64,000 nucleotides of DNA from Piromyces finnis finn (GCA_002104945.1 MCFH01000001.1:868001-932000), one strand, 5' to 3'; counted from the first letter of the stretch, positions 18,201 through 32,489 are shown. Numbers and translations: made by a program. Notes: generated by a model not told the origin, from the letters alone.

Positions 18201-20177
18201 ATTTTTTCATTTTCTTCTGTTAATTCCTGGCTTAAACTTTTCATTTCAAAACTGAATATATTACTAACACTAAATGATTTATCTTTCTTTAATTGGTTTT
18301 CTGATGATGGTTTATCAGATATTTGATTCGAGGTAATTTTATCTTTAGAATTATCTTTAATAATATTTACTGTATTTTGAGATTTGTTCTCAATTAAACC
18401 AGTACCTTCCTTTATTTCTTCTATTGGATCTATTTCCATTAAATCTTCATCTTCATCCTCAAATATCATAATATCATTTATTTTAATAGGTTCAGAATCT
18501 TTTTTCTTTGATGACAATATACTATCAAATTGGGGTATCAATTTTAAATTACTTTCATCTTTTTGAGATACAGATTTTTCATTATTACTATTATCTAAAA
18601 ATTTTGAATTCTTTATACTTTCTAATGAAGATATTTTATCAATATCCATTGGAGAATTATCCTTTCCAATTAAATTAAAAGTTTCACTCTTCTCACCTAT
18701 ATAATTAATACTAGTTTTTGATGAATCATTTTTTTCATCATTACGATGAATTGAAATTTCATGAGTAGAAAATTTCAATTTATCATCTTTAGAAGAATAA
18801 TTTTCTTCAATCTTATCTGACAATAATGACTTAGTAGTAGATGTTTTTGATAAATCTAAAATAGATGTTTTTGGTTTAATGTCTGAAGATTCAAGAATTA
18901 TACTTTCTTTATTTGATAATTTCTTTGCTGATGAAGGTTCATCAGTAATAATTATATTTGTGGATGGTGATTTCAACAAACTTGATTTAAATGTATTATC
19001 ATTTTTGTTATCATCGTCGTTAATAATTTCATTTTCGATTAATATTTCTGTAGTTTTATTTTTAGTGGTTTCAATAGTGTTAGATAAACTACCACTTGAT
19101 ATTTTTAATTGATCATTTTTGGATGAATTTGAAGAATTATTTAGTAACTTTGATACACCGTTTTTTAATGATGAATTTTTTAATCCTTCATTAGATAGAG
19201 TACTATTTTTATTTGTTATTTTTATAACGTCGGGTTTGGATGAAGTTATTGTATTACTATTTGATATAGATGATTTTGGTAAATTACTCTTGGATGATTT
19301 ATCTTTTGTTATACTTTTATTAATATCCTTATCTGTTAATTTGGTTTTTGAAGTTGATGATGAATCCATATTTACTATAAAGAATTATAATCAATTTTTT
19401 TTTATGAAAAATAAAAAAAAAAAAAAAAAAAAAAAAAATAATAATAGTATATAATATATTATTAAATGTATTTATTATAAATTATTTTAAATTACAAAAA
19501 AAAAAAAAGAAAAAAAAGAGAGATAACTTACTATTCATTGGAATTATTACATTACTACTAAAGGTTCCTATTTTTTTTAACTCTTTTAATACATTAACAG
19601 CATGTTTATTAATTTCTTCTTTATTATTGATATCTATTTTATTTGTTACTACTTTATCAACAATGTTTTTCAAAAAGGTTTTATCAAAAGAAATGCTTTG
19701 AATATTCGATATTGTTTCTCTTCTATTTGTTTTGTTTTCTTTATATAAAATATAAATTAAAAAAATAATTAACATTAATATTCAAATTAAAATGTCAAAA
19801 ATAGTTTTTCAAAAATAAATTCTTTTTTAAAAAAAAAAAAAAAAAAAGGTATATACCACTTTTCCTTATATTTTCTGTAGTTTTTGTTTCTATAATTTAA
19901 TAATATATATTAATTATTAAATTTTACTTATTAATATTATATTAATTTTTATAATCTAATATTTTTACCATTTGCTTCAGTCTTATTCTTATCTTTTTTT
20001 AGATATTTATATACAATAATTAATTAAATAAACAAGTTTATATATGGTTTAATTTAATATTAATAATCCAAAATAGATAATAACTTATATATACATACCA
20101 TTGTATTTAATTTCTAATTTATTTATTTATTTATTTATTTATTTTATTACAATAAATTATTCAAAATCATTTAATAT

Positions 20178-20248
<71 letters not shown>

Positions 20249-20525
20249 CCATCCTTTTTTTCTACTTTACTCTTCTTTCCTAAAAAAAATATATATAAAA
20301 AGTACAATAATTAATTTATATAAAAATGATTATTTAATTTACAAAATATATAAATATATGTGATTATAAATATTGTTATATTTTTACCATCAATATTCAA
20401 ATCTGAACTTTTTTCTTCTATATTCAAAATTAATTTGATTTTATATATTTTTAACATTGTTATTATATTAATTAAAATTAAAAAATGAACATTATAAATT
20501 TGAAAAATTAACATTAAATTTCAAG

Positions 20526-20559
<34 letters not shown>

Positions 20560-20853
20560 TAACATTATAACATTGTAACATTATAAAAAGACTTAAAATG
20601 CGTACGATTAGAAACAAGTATTTTAGATGTTTGTGATTCCATATTTTGAATTTCATCTTTATCATTTCCTTCACCATTAGATTTTTTTGGCACATAAAAT
20701 ATGGCCTTTCCGCCTTTAATATTCAATCCATGGCTATTACTCTTTAAATAAAAATATATAATGAAATTAATAATACATTATTTTATATAACATATAAAAC
20801 TATATTTATTACCTTTTTATTCTTTTCCATTTTATATACTCTTTTTTATATAT
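15296..20853 (-). CDS. Large multi-exon low-complexity (S/D/E/K/N-rich) protein of unknown function
   Basis: A 1035-codon ORF (16262-19369) and a 215-codon ORF (15296-15943) link through a small exon near 16160-16225 and several short upstream exons with GT-AG ends. No recognisable domain; start codon not resolved. Confidence 0.55.
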
Positions 20854-21645
20854 CTATACATATATTGCATAAACCTGGTATTATTCAATTAAGATATATA
20901 TATATATATAAAAAAAGTACTAAAATGAAATTAAATTTTATTTTGAAAATACAAAAATAATATATTCTTTTGTAAAAAAAATATGTTATATATTATTTAC
21001 CATTGATTTAATTAATTTCAATCATTAATAATTAAGATAATTAATTATGATTGAATAACAAAATATTTTTTTTTGGTTATATAATATTCAATAAAGGTTA
21101 GGTTAGATTAAAGTGAATAAAGTTATATTAAATAATGATAAACCTTTAGTATAACTAGTTTTGGAAATAAAGCAAATAAAATGAAATGAAATTTCTACAA
21201 ATTAAAGCATTATAAGATATTTCATATAATGGTTTAAATATTTTCTTACCTGGATTGTTATTATCAAAAAAAATAATATACTAATGAATAATTATAATAT
21301 CATAATAACATACATGGTTTATTTCTTTTATATAAATTTCATAACTTGCACATTTTAGTTTATATATGAAAATAAATATTAATACTTTTTATTATTTTTA
21401 TTATTTATCTTGCATTATATAAAAACTTTACATGTATTAACACTTGATTATATATATATATTATTACTAAAGGCCTTAATGAATTATAACTATTTTTTGT
21501 ATCAGAAAAGAATTCTTGTTTAGTATTTTTTTTTTGAAGATGATAATAAACTTTAACCTAATCCTCTTATATATTTTTTAATAAATATGAATTATTAAAT
21601 AAAGATTTAATTTAATTATATATATATTTTTTACTATTATTAAAA

Positions 21646-22803
21646 ATGCCATTGAACATTTTACATCATAAAAGGTATATTATTACCTCAACAATTTATA
21701 TATATATGAATTTTCATTTATATTAAATGAAACATTTATCTCTTTTGATAATTAAAGTTTTTCTTAAGATTTAAATTTTATACATTTGTTATATAAAACA
21801 AAAATAGTTGGAATGTATATAATACAGAGAATATCGAACGAGTGAGAAGAGATGAAGCAAAAGCAAAAGAGGAAGAACAGAAGAAAAAAAAGAAAGCGAT
21901 ACAAGCTGTATATATAATAGTTTAATATTAAGTTTATTATAAAATTTAGATAAAAAATATTTAATTTTTAATATATATATTATTTTTTTTTGAATAGGAA
22001 TGGGAATTTCGACTATCATTATTAAGGAATAAAAATTCAACAAAAGGTGATTCAACTTCAAATGATTTGCCATTAAACAGTCATCTGAATGAAAATGGAC
22101 ATGTTAATTTATTTTATGAAGAAGAACAACAAGTATTTATTATTATCATTATCGTTTTTGTAATCTTACTTTTTTTTTTTTTTTTTTGAAAAAAATTAAT
22201 TTATTTTTTAATATTATTTTTATGAAAAAAAGTTAAATTCAGGAAAAAATGAGGAAAGAGAAGAAGAAGAAAAAGCAAAAAGAGAAAAATTTGAATCCCA
22301 ATTCATATATTCATTAACAGGAAAAGATAAAGGTATAATCTTTAAAGTTTATACATATATTTAATGTATAAAAGAAAGTCAATTTTAAATTTTAATATAT
22401 ACAATTGTTTTTAACAAAGAGAAACCATGGTATTCTCTTGACAAATCATCAAAATCGTTAAAAGTTCCATCTATAAGTGACAACAATAATAAATTAAAAA
22501 AACTGAATAAAGAGTAATAGTTGAAATTTAAATTTATTTAGATAAAAAAAAAAAAGACATTAAATTTTTTATGAAAAATATGTTAATTATTAATTAATAT
22601 TATATTGATAACTAGTAAAAAGAGAAAAGAACTTGAAGATCCATTGGAATTGATAAAGAAAAACTCTGCAAAAAATAAAGAAATTGAATTGAAATATAAA
22701 GAATCCCTACCATATTATGAGAGAAGGATAAACAAAACAAATGTATTTAATTTAATATTAATTTCATTATTTATTTATATTTTTAATTTATATATAACAT
22801 ATA

Positions 22804-22837
<34 letters not shown>

Positions 22838-23332
22838 TTCAAATATATATAGGAAATAATCAAAAATACAGAAACTTTTTTAAATCCAACAAAATTATTA
22901 AAAGAGTTTAGTAAAGATAGGAAAATAAAAGATTATTCATATTCTTCATCTTCTGAATCATCTAATTCTTCTATTGAGTCAGATTCTTCATCGAATTCAA
23001 GATCTCATAAAAAAAGAAAGCATTCTAAACATCATCATCGTCATTCTCACCATCATCATCATCATTATGATCATAAACATGAAAAGAATTCTAAAAAGAA
23101 TTCTAAAAAGAGAAAAAAGCATCATGAAGAGTCACATCAGAATGGGAAAACAACAATAGAAAAATTAAGGGAAGAAAGAATGAAACGTGAACAAGAAGAA
23201 AGACAAAGAGCATTAAGAGTTAATGGAATTCAAGCTTCACCAGCTCCTCAAATGGATAAAATTTCAGAGGATAAATATTTCTATAATAGTCAATTTAATC
23301 CAGAAAGTATACGTCAACTTAAAAGAAAATAA
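21646..23332 (+). CDS. LENG1: LENG1-like (CIR N-terminal domain) splicing-associated protein, multi-exon
   Basis: MPLNILHHKS / WNVYNTENIERVRRDEAKAKEEE at the N-terminus, an S/H/K-rich tract, and YNSQFNPE near the C-terminus, as in LENG1-family proteins. Confidence 0.75.
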
Positions 23333-24483
23333 TATAATGATTGTATCAAAAAGATGTAAATAAAAATGTAATAAAATTTTACTTCCAAATAAAAATATAA
23401 AAGACATAAAAATAAAATCGAAAATTATTTATTCTTATTAATTAATGGTTATCGTTTAATTGAAACAACAAATTAATTATATATAATTAATTTGTTTCCA
23501 TGTCATTGTGATATATGTGTATTTTAATAATTTATGAAAAAAGTGTATTTTCAGTTAATTATTTTTTAGATAACAAATTATATTATATATTATTAATTTG
23601 TTTCCATTGTGATATATATATTTTAATATAATTAATTAATATATAATAATTAAGTGTATTAAACACTTTCAGTTATTATTTATTGAAAGTTTACTTTGTA
23701 AAAAAAATCTTTTGTTAAGTCTAGTGGTTAAATTATATTTTCATTGGTTATATATATTTGGTATATTTATTAATTAATACTTTTAATTTTTGTTCTATAA
23801 ATAAAAGCATACTCATTTGTTAATTTGTTATTAGAGAATTAATATTCAAATAATTTAATATATTTTGATTAATAAAAGCACAATAGAATGCTTATTAATT
23901 TAATTAAACTATTAAATTTGTTAATTAAAATCAAACTTAACAACGATGTAATAAAATATTAAAATAATAAATATTGAATAAAAATAATAAATTGTATATT
24001 GTTATTATTACTATTTTTTTTTTTTTTATAATTTATTAAAAAGTTTTTCCAACAAGATAAATTTAAATAACCAAGATAATTTAGATAGATCCATAATTAA
24101 AAATGAATGATTTTCATTTATATTAAAAGGAATTAATATTATTATTAATAGTTATTTTTTTTGTTTTAATATTAAATACTATTTAATAATTTTACTTTTA
24201 AATATTAATTAAATTTGATACTGAAAAGTAGATGCTAAGTTAACTCTTTATTCATTGTATCTTAAAACTATATAACTTTGAATGATTATATTAAGGTTAA
24301 AAACTGTAAATTTGTAAATATATATAGAAATAAAGTTTAATAGTGTAATTCTAAAAATTTAAAAATATTTAAATTGTACAACATGAGTTGTTATTTTATG
24401 GAAAATTTTCCAATTTTATATTTTTAACGATTCTCTCTAAATATATAGTATATATAGTTGAATTTTATATGTAATAGAAGAAG

Positions 24484-27151
24484 ATGATGATATCAAAAAT
24501 AAATACTATAATCATATTTATTATATTTTATTTTTGTAAGTTTAATGAATTATTGAATGGAAAATAAGAATGATTAATAAGAAATAATATAAAATAAAAT
24601 AACAAATTTAAATATTTTAATGAAATATTAAATATAAACAAAAATTTAATAGCTAATATGAATAAACAATTATTGATTGTATATATAAATAATTAAATTT
24701 TGACTATATCATTTCAGCAATACTAGTCAATGGAAATTTTTGGAAAAATGTGAAAAGAACTGAACTTTATGAAATGATGGATAAAAGCATTCCAGAAATG
24801 CATATAAATATAGATGAATTAGATTGGGAAAATATGTGTAATAAAGCTCAAATATCAAGTCAATATCAAAACATTGATTTTGAAGTAGATGCTAAATTAA
24901 CATTTATATATGAGGGGTAAAATTTAAAAAAATGAAACTTAATAATAAAAAAAAAATATAAAAATTTGTATTAATTTATCAATTATCAATGCTCTTTGTC
25001 ATTTATACACAAAACTATATTTAACAGAAAAAGTGAAGTATTTAATATTGAATTTAAATTAGGAGGAAAATCCTCTACTGAATATAAAAAACCTGGTTTT
25101 AATATTAAAATTAAAGGAAGTAAGAATAATTTACACGGTACTAAACATTTTCGTTTAAGAGGTGATATTCGCGATGCTTCCATGATGCGTTCAAAAGTTA
25201 CATCGGATATTTTACAAAGAAGTGGTTTGGTTTCAGTTGAAGTTGGATATACTGAATTATATATTAATAATAAATATCTAGGATTGTAAATTATTATTAA
25301 TCTTTTTTTTTAATATTAATAATTTTTCTATTTTTCTATTTATCTTATATTATAAATCTAATTAAATTTAAATAATATGTATTATTATTATTATTATTAC
25401 TATCATATAATATTGAAAACATTAATTATTAATATGTATGGATAAAATTTAGTTGGGTAGTTTCTGATTCTGTAAAAAACAAATGGATTCAAAGAAAGTT
25501 TAAGAATGTTGACGATAACATTGCCAATTTGATTCAATGTAGGGATGATCGTATTCGTTTTGATGATGAATCAGCTAAAACAAAATGTGTCAATTCTAAT
25601 AACGAATATTCTGATTACATGGATGAATTTAATGTAAATATATATATTGCTATAGATATAAATTAAACAATAAAATTATTATTATTTATTATATGTGTAT
25701 TTGTATTTTAAAATTTTAATATATATATATATTTAAAAATATATTTAAAAATATATTTAAAAATATAAAAGAATTTTGTTGATCAAGTAAATGCTGCAAA
25801 AACTAGATCCGATTTGGAAAAAATTATGGAAGTTGATAATTTTATTAAATAGTATGCTTTTTTTTATTAATACTACATATTATTTAATATAATTTAAAAA
25901 AAAGAGTATATTATTATGAATCAAGAATGCATTTATTAATTGTGTAAATATATTAATAATATTTTTAAATAGTATGGCTTGGGAATATATTACTCTCAGC
26001 TGGGATCATTTTATTGGTATTTTTGGTCATAACATATATTGGTTTAAACAACCAAATGGTAAATGGGTTTATATACCATATGACTATGATTTAGAACTTG
26101 GTCAAGATTTATGGGTAGCAAACTTCCCTGGAAGACCTTTTTATATTGGTGGTGGTGATATTGATTTTACTAATATTTCTTTTGAAGATTATGAATTAAA
26201 TCATCCAATATTGAAAATTCTTATTCGTGATGATGATACTTTTTTTCGTGAATGTATAGGTGATATTATTAGTAAGATTTTTAATCCAGATATTCTACTT
26301 ATTCATATTGATGAAATTAGAAATTTAATTTCACCCTATGTTAAAAGGGATAGGGATTTAGGTGCAGGGAAAATAAAGTTAGTATAAAGTATAAATATTT
26401 GTTTATTTATATATGTAAAAAAAAAAAAATACATTAATATACATATATTTAACCAAAAATAATAAATACATTTTTTCTATATGTCAGTAATTCTGGTAAA
26501 GATATCAGTTATTCATATCAACACTTTATAGATAATTCTGAGTATAAATATTTATTTGATTATAAGGGTTCAACTCGCGGGTATGGTTTAAAAGATTGGA
26601 TTAGACGCCGTTATTCTTATCTTGCAGTTCATTATGGTATTGATAGAAATCATAAATTAATAATGCCACGCCCTGTTACAGTAAATATTTCTTATATTTT
26701 TAGTTCAGCTCTTAGTTATATAGGATACGATAAAAATGTAAACGAAATATATAATCCAAATCAGCTTCCACCATATACTCCAGATCCAGATTATTCTGAT
26801 GATACAATTCCAACTATTGGTGTTAATGTTAATGCAAATGTTGTTAAAAATTCGTCTTTATCAAATTCAAATGTATCCACTTCTACTTCATGTTGGGCAG
26901 AGGAACAAGGGTATCAATGTTGTTCTGATTGTGATGTTATCTATGAAGACAATAATGGTTTGTGGGGAATAGAGAATGGTACTTGGTGTGGTATTAACTC
27001 TACATGCAAATTAAATACTACTGATACTGAATGCTTTTCAATTAATTTAGGCTATCCATGTTGTAGTACTTGTACTTTATACTTTGAAAATTCTATTGGA
27101 AGATGGGGCATTGAAAATAATGAGTGGTGTGGTCTAAAAAGTTCTTGCTAA
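24484..27151 (+). CDS. cotH: CotH-family kinase with signal peptide and two fungal dockerin domains (paralogue 1, six introns)
   Basis: Signal exon MMISKINTIIIFIIFYF; FKLGGKS, RSKVTSDILQ, SWDH, WVYIPYDYDLELG; C-terminal CWAEEQGYQCC...WGIENGTWCG and CFSINLGYPCC...WGIENNEWCG dockerins. Confidence 0.88.
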
Positions 27152-27220
27152 TTGATTTATCAATACTCGTTTATATTATTTAATTTAATAATTACTATAT
27201 ATATAGAAACCAAACATTCA

Positions 27221-27254
<34 letters not shown>

Positions 27255-28416
27255 TCATTAAATTTTTTATTTTAAACAAATAAAAAAATTCCATTCGTTT
27301 TTGTTTTTGTATTTATATTAAATCTATTATATAAATGAATAATACATCATTAAATTCTGTATAACAATAGTTAAAGTTAAATATATATAAATAAATTTCA
27401 TAAAATAATTTTATGTTATAATAAAATCTTAATCTATAGTACATACTTTCAAAAAACTCATTTTGAAAATGGACAATGCTATGTATACATTATTTGTTTA
27501 TGTACATAAATTTGTAAACTATAAACTTATCAGAAATTAATAATTAATAGTTTAGTTTCAATCTACATTATAAATTTTTTTATTTCACCAAACACAATGA
27601 AATTTATTATTCTATAAATAAATGTCAATTTATTTTTTAATATATTATTAATAATGTTAATAAAAAATAATATCTTGCCATTATTCTAATGTGTATTTTT
27701 AAAACATATATTTTTTAATATAGACTTAATATAAAAATATATATATTTATTTAATACTTATATTATTTGATTCTTTGTAAAATTATTAATTTTTTTTATA
27801 TATATTTCATATTTCTATATTAAATTATATGAGTAATTCATTATATTTATATATTTATTAATAATATTATTCTTTAATTTTTATAAATAAAACTATAATA
27901 TCATTTTATTATCTTTCTTCATTTCAACATGAGTAGATTGCTAATAAACATTCATGTTTTACTAACAGAAATTATTTTATTCTTTTATATAAAAGTGATA
28001 ATTTTTTTGTATTCTTTATATTTTTACTAATATTCAAAACAAATTATAATAATTATAGTTAAAATTAATAATTAAATAACATGGTGCGGAATAATTTTTT
28101 AATAACCTATATTTCATGTGTATATATATAGGCAAAAAAAATTCATTTCTTAAAAATCTAGACTCAGCTATTATAAATTACATTGTATTGTTAAATATAA
28201 ATTATTGATATTATTTATAATATTTAATATTTATACTAGTTTTTTTTCTTTTTTTTTTTTTTAATTTATTTTTATATATTTTAATATTTTTCTCAAATTA
28301 GAAAAAGAAATGAATGTTACATTTTTCTTTCTTTCTATTTTCCTTAATAACAATAAATTTTAGATGAGAAAATAAAAAAAAATTAATTAATATAAAGGAT
28401 AAACATGTGTGTAATT

Positions 28417-28633
28417 TGTTAGAATATGTGAAACGTTATGTCACATGTATTCAAATGTATTTAAATGTATTAAAACGTATTTGTATATATTATATTTAAT
28501 TATATGTTTAAGCCACAATGTAAATGTATAAATATATGTAGTTTGAGAAGAATGTAACGCAAGTAGTTCTTTATCATAAAATATATTAATAAAGTTGACA
28601 TAATTATAAACCTAAATTAAACAACTCTTAATA
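28417..28633 (+). repeat. 5' LTR (217 bp)
   Basis: About 98% identical by eye to 32856-33073; starts TGTTAG and is preceded by the TSD. Confidence 0.9.
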
Positions 28634-29556
28634 GATTAAGAGTCTCAAGACTCTCAAGAGAGAATCTCATTAATTCTCAAATGATTCTCTGAAAGATGAA
28701 TCAAACCGCCGGATATGACATTTTGTCATAGGAGAAAACTGTAGGAAATTCTAACTATCAGAACTAAATTATTTAATCTGAAATTTTCTATGTTTGATAA
28801 AATTATCTTGAGATCTAAAATTTGAGATTTCAAAATTTTAAGATTGAAATATTATTTTCGCCATAAATAAAAGATTCGAAGTAATTTAATATAGAAAATA
28901 AGGAAATAATCAATCTGATAAATAAAACATAGAAAGTAGTATATTTTCTAATATGATATAAGTTAATCTACAATGATAGAATTCAAACATTAAATTTCCG
29001 AAAAACTAGTAAATTATTAAAATTTAAATTATTTTGAATTCAATAAACTCAGAAAATATACAAATCAAATTAAATATAAATAAATAGCTTAAACCCCCAA
29101 GGAACAATACCTATATCACTATATTGATTTGATAACTTTGTAGCTTAAAACAAATCGTCAATAGTAAACTACAAAAAGCTTTCAGTAAATTTAATATTCC
29201 TTGAATATAGACATAATATCAATAGTAACAAAACTTCTATTCTCAAGAAGATATGATATAGAAGTATTAATATTAAGAATATAATATGTGAAATTTGAAT
29301 AAATAAGTTCCTTAAGCTTAGATTATTTATCAGGATAATTTTAAAATTTATGTAACAAAAAGAATATTTCCTAGCATTCCATATTAATTCTATAATAAAG
29401 CAAAATTTTATAAAGATCTCTACATCCATTATCTAAAGAAAGGATATGAGAACACAATTATGAAAATTAGTATTTATCAATTATGATATATATTGAAAAT
29501 TGTAATATGTAATATCTCCGATAAGGATCTTAACACTGATGAAATTAGAAATCCTA

Positions 29557-30296
29557 TATGGTTTATATTTCCTTAAGAAGCGTGGTTACAGAAAGATTTT
29601 AATTCCACTCCTTATGAAGAGTGATGTTATGACCAAGACAGCTCAATTATCTGATGTTGATGAAGAATTATACATGGTTTCTAAAGTTAATGATAATCCA
29701 GAACCAAAATGTTAGTGAACAACCAATGAGTACTTTCTATAGAGGTGAATGGTTCAGTGAACCAGAAAAGTAATTATTAGCCAGAGATGCTAGTTATTCA
29801 ATTTGTTTCAAAAAGAAAGCTGGTGCTCACTGCAAAAAATACTTAGGGTCTTTTCCAGCAATCCATTTTTTGTCAATCAGAAAAGAGCTGGGAAGAATTA
29901 GAACAATTAATTAGTACTACTGAAGATTTCTACCAATCTCTTAAACTTCCATATCACGTTATTGCCATTGTTTCTGATGTCATAAACAATGCTGCTACTA
30001 AGAAACACGATCTTTAAGCTTATTTTCCATTCCAACCTGAATACAAGGAATTAGATAGTTGTCGTAACTATACTGATTACCAATCTAGAAACTTAGGTAA
30101 CATGTTTGGTGTTAAGAAGATGAACTCCCATGTTAAGAACTACGTTTACTTATTAAACGGTACTCTTTGTGTTAACGGACGTACTTTTTTCTGTACTCTC
30201 GAAAACTATCAAACCGAAAATGTTTTAATTGTTCCAGAACTATTAAGACCATATATAGATGTTGTTAAATTTATTTGTCAAAGAACTCACTTCTGA
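29557..30296 (+). pseudogene. SES1: Intronless, degenerate fragment of cytosolic seryl-tRNA synthetase inside the LTR element
   Basis: YGLYFLKKRGY, VMTKTAQLSDVDEELY, SEQPMSTFYRGEWF, CFKKKAGAH, EDFYQSLKLPY, NNAATKKHDL, YKELDSCRNYTDYQSRNL, LENYQTE, VPELLRPY. This is the eukaryotic SerRS catalytic domain with stops, a frameshift and an internal deletion. Confidence 0.88.
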
Positions 30297-31042
30297 CAAG
30301 AAAATAGTTAAAATATAATTTAGGAAGATATAAAGTTTATTATATAGCATGAAGATTATTCAACTTGATATTAATCTACTCATTATGTCAATTTGCATAC
30401 AATAACATTAAATATCCATATATCCAGTTATTAAAATATCCATTCACAAATATTCATGAACACATAATTACATATATTTACCAATATTTCATCTTATTTT
30501 CAAAAGAACTAGTTTTATTAACATTCATAAAATAGCATTATTGTTATTGAAAGCATACATATTTATTTCAAGTAAATAAATTGTTTGTGAAATATTCAAA
30601 TACTTTAACTACTACTATTTTAATGAGAAAATATTCTTTCCGCCATAGAGGAAAGATAGAACATAAAGAAAATACATAAAATTTATACAATTAGAAACAT
30701 GAATTAGAATAATTAAACATTATCTGATAAGTTTGTATAAAATACCCTATTGTAATGAAATTATGCAATGAACATTGAAACTATCCTTGTGAAAATGTCA
30801 ATCAATTTCTTTATGATAATTTCACTCAAATCAGTATTATATAATTTAATCCAGTATACTATTCTTTGAATTAAATCATTATAACAATACTTTAAGATAA
30901 TATTTAGCCTCAAAAGCATTATTTAAATTATTGCTACCTATAAAGCAAATATATTACTGGTCAAATGCTCATCCCGTAGGCTGTTATTGCTAATATACAT
31001 AGCAAATATTTCAAATGAGGTAATTTATTAAAGTTAGAAATG

Positions 31043-31167
31043 CTTAGCGTGAAATGAGCATATTCTACATATATATATACTTTGAATAACCTAGCGTGAA
31101 ATGGGTATATTCAATAATATTTTAACAACTTATCATGATTTAACTTAGCGTGAAATGAGTTATATTC
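31043..31167. repeat. Three spaced copies of an approximately 23-bp motif, consensus CTTAGCGTGAAATGAGYATATTC
   Basis: Copies start near 31043, 31090 and 31144, separated by unrelated AT-rich stretches of about 24-31 nt. Confidence 0.7.
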
Positions 31168-32250
31168 ATAGATAATTATTAATGATGGTTTTAGACCTAT
31201 ATATATTTAATTTGGTCCCATCAATAACAATGTAGCACCTTCATAGTAAGGGCTCCTTAGATTTAGATGACATTGATTCATCATATTTATTTATTACCAA
31301 CATTCAAGAATGTTGTGACGCCGTTTTAAAATATAATTTACGGTGATTTAGTAACCTCATATATAAATCGCCACTTTCAACGTAGTGAGTGATCGCCGAC
31401 CAATTAGCTGACATTCTAATTAACCGAGCCGACTTCGATATAATTTAGAAGAACTTTATTCTCTTCAATAATCGATATTTTAAATGTCATTATCTTACAA
31501 TATTAACTTGTTATAATTTTACTGGTATATCTACTTATTTTAATTTGAAGTAAAGAAATACATAATTGAGGAATATTTTATTCATTAGTTTGATATTCTA
31601 TGATTATCACTACATTAAAATATATTATCATGAAAATATTATTTCACTATATTTTAAAGGATAGGCAATTGAGAAAAATGAATGAAAACATTAGAATATG
31701 TTATTTATTATTTATATAGGTATTAATACTTATCGTATATGTTATGGAAAATTATTCATTATTATGAAAATTTGATGCAAAATGAATGAAATTTTATGAA
31801 ATTTAAATTTCTCTTTTTCAAATCTAAGTATTTATTACTAAACATCTAGATTTGAGGGGGAAGTAGTGAATATACGAAATTTAAAATTCAAGATAATAAT
31901 TTTTGTTTCTAGTTAAACATTGGAAATAACTAAAACATTGCATAGAAACTAAGGCTTAATAAATAGAATGAATTGAAATTCAAATTGTAAAAATTTATAA
32001 GATTCAATATGTAAAAATGAAAAGAACAAAATTTCAAATACAAAGTAAAATATTCTTAAATATTATAAGAATAATTAATCAATACAAAAGGCATAAAAGG
32101 AAGGAAAAACACCTAAAAGAAAATGTTAAAATTCAATATACATATACTAAATAACTATTAAGGATTTAATTAAAATTTTACCATTATTAATTAGTATTTA
32201 CAAATAGATTGAAATACAATTATGCTAATATTCTAAAGAAAATTGTAATT

Positions 32251-32489
32251 ATAAGGACATAAAACCAGAGAGTTATCCATAGGTTGTCCGAAGAACGTAA
32301 AACCAAGAAGATTAACCATAGGTTGTTAAGAGAACGTAAAACCAAAAAGAGTTATCCATATGTGTTGTCATTAGGACGTAAAATCAAAGGTTAACCATGA
32401 GTTGTTAAGAAAACGTAAAACCAAAGAGGTAAACCATGCGTTGTCATAAGGACGTAAAATCAAAGAGATAAACCATGTGTTGTCTATAA
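32251..32489. repeat. Degenerate tandem repeat, about six units of 38-41 bp, inside the LTR element
   Basis: Recurring GTAAAACCAAAGAG(T/G)TAACCAT..GTTGT motif. Confidence 0.8.

Noticed and set aside
15684-19454. Several hydrophobic Ser/Ile/Phe-rich plus-strand ORFs
   Set aside because: Antisense shadows of the K/D/E/N-rich minus-strand gene; no independent features.
23468-23680. Imperfect local duplication of about 110 bp downstream of LENG1
   Set aside because: Ordinary degenerate AT-rich tandem duplication with no further structure.
31043-31167. Mini CRISPR array (three repeats, two spacers)
   Set aside because: Only three imperfect repeats, non-palindromic, inside a retroelement and without cas genes.
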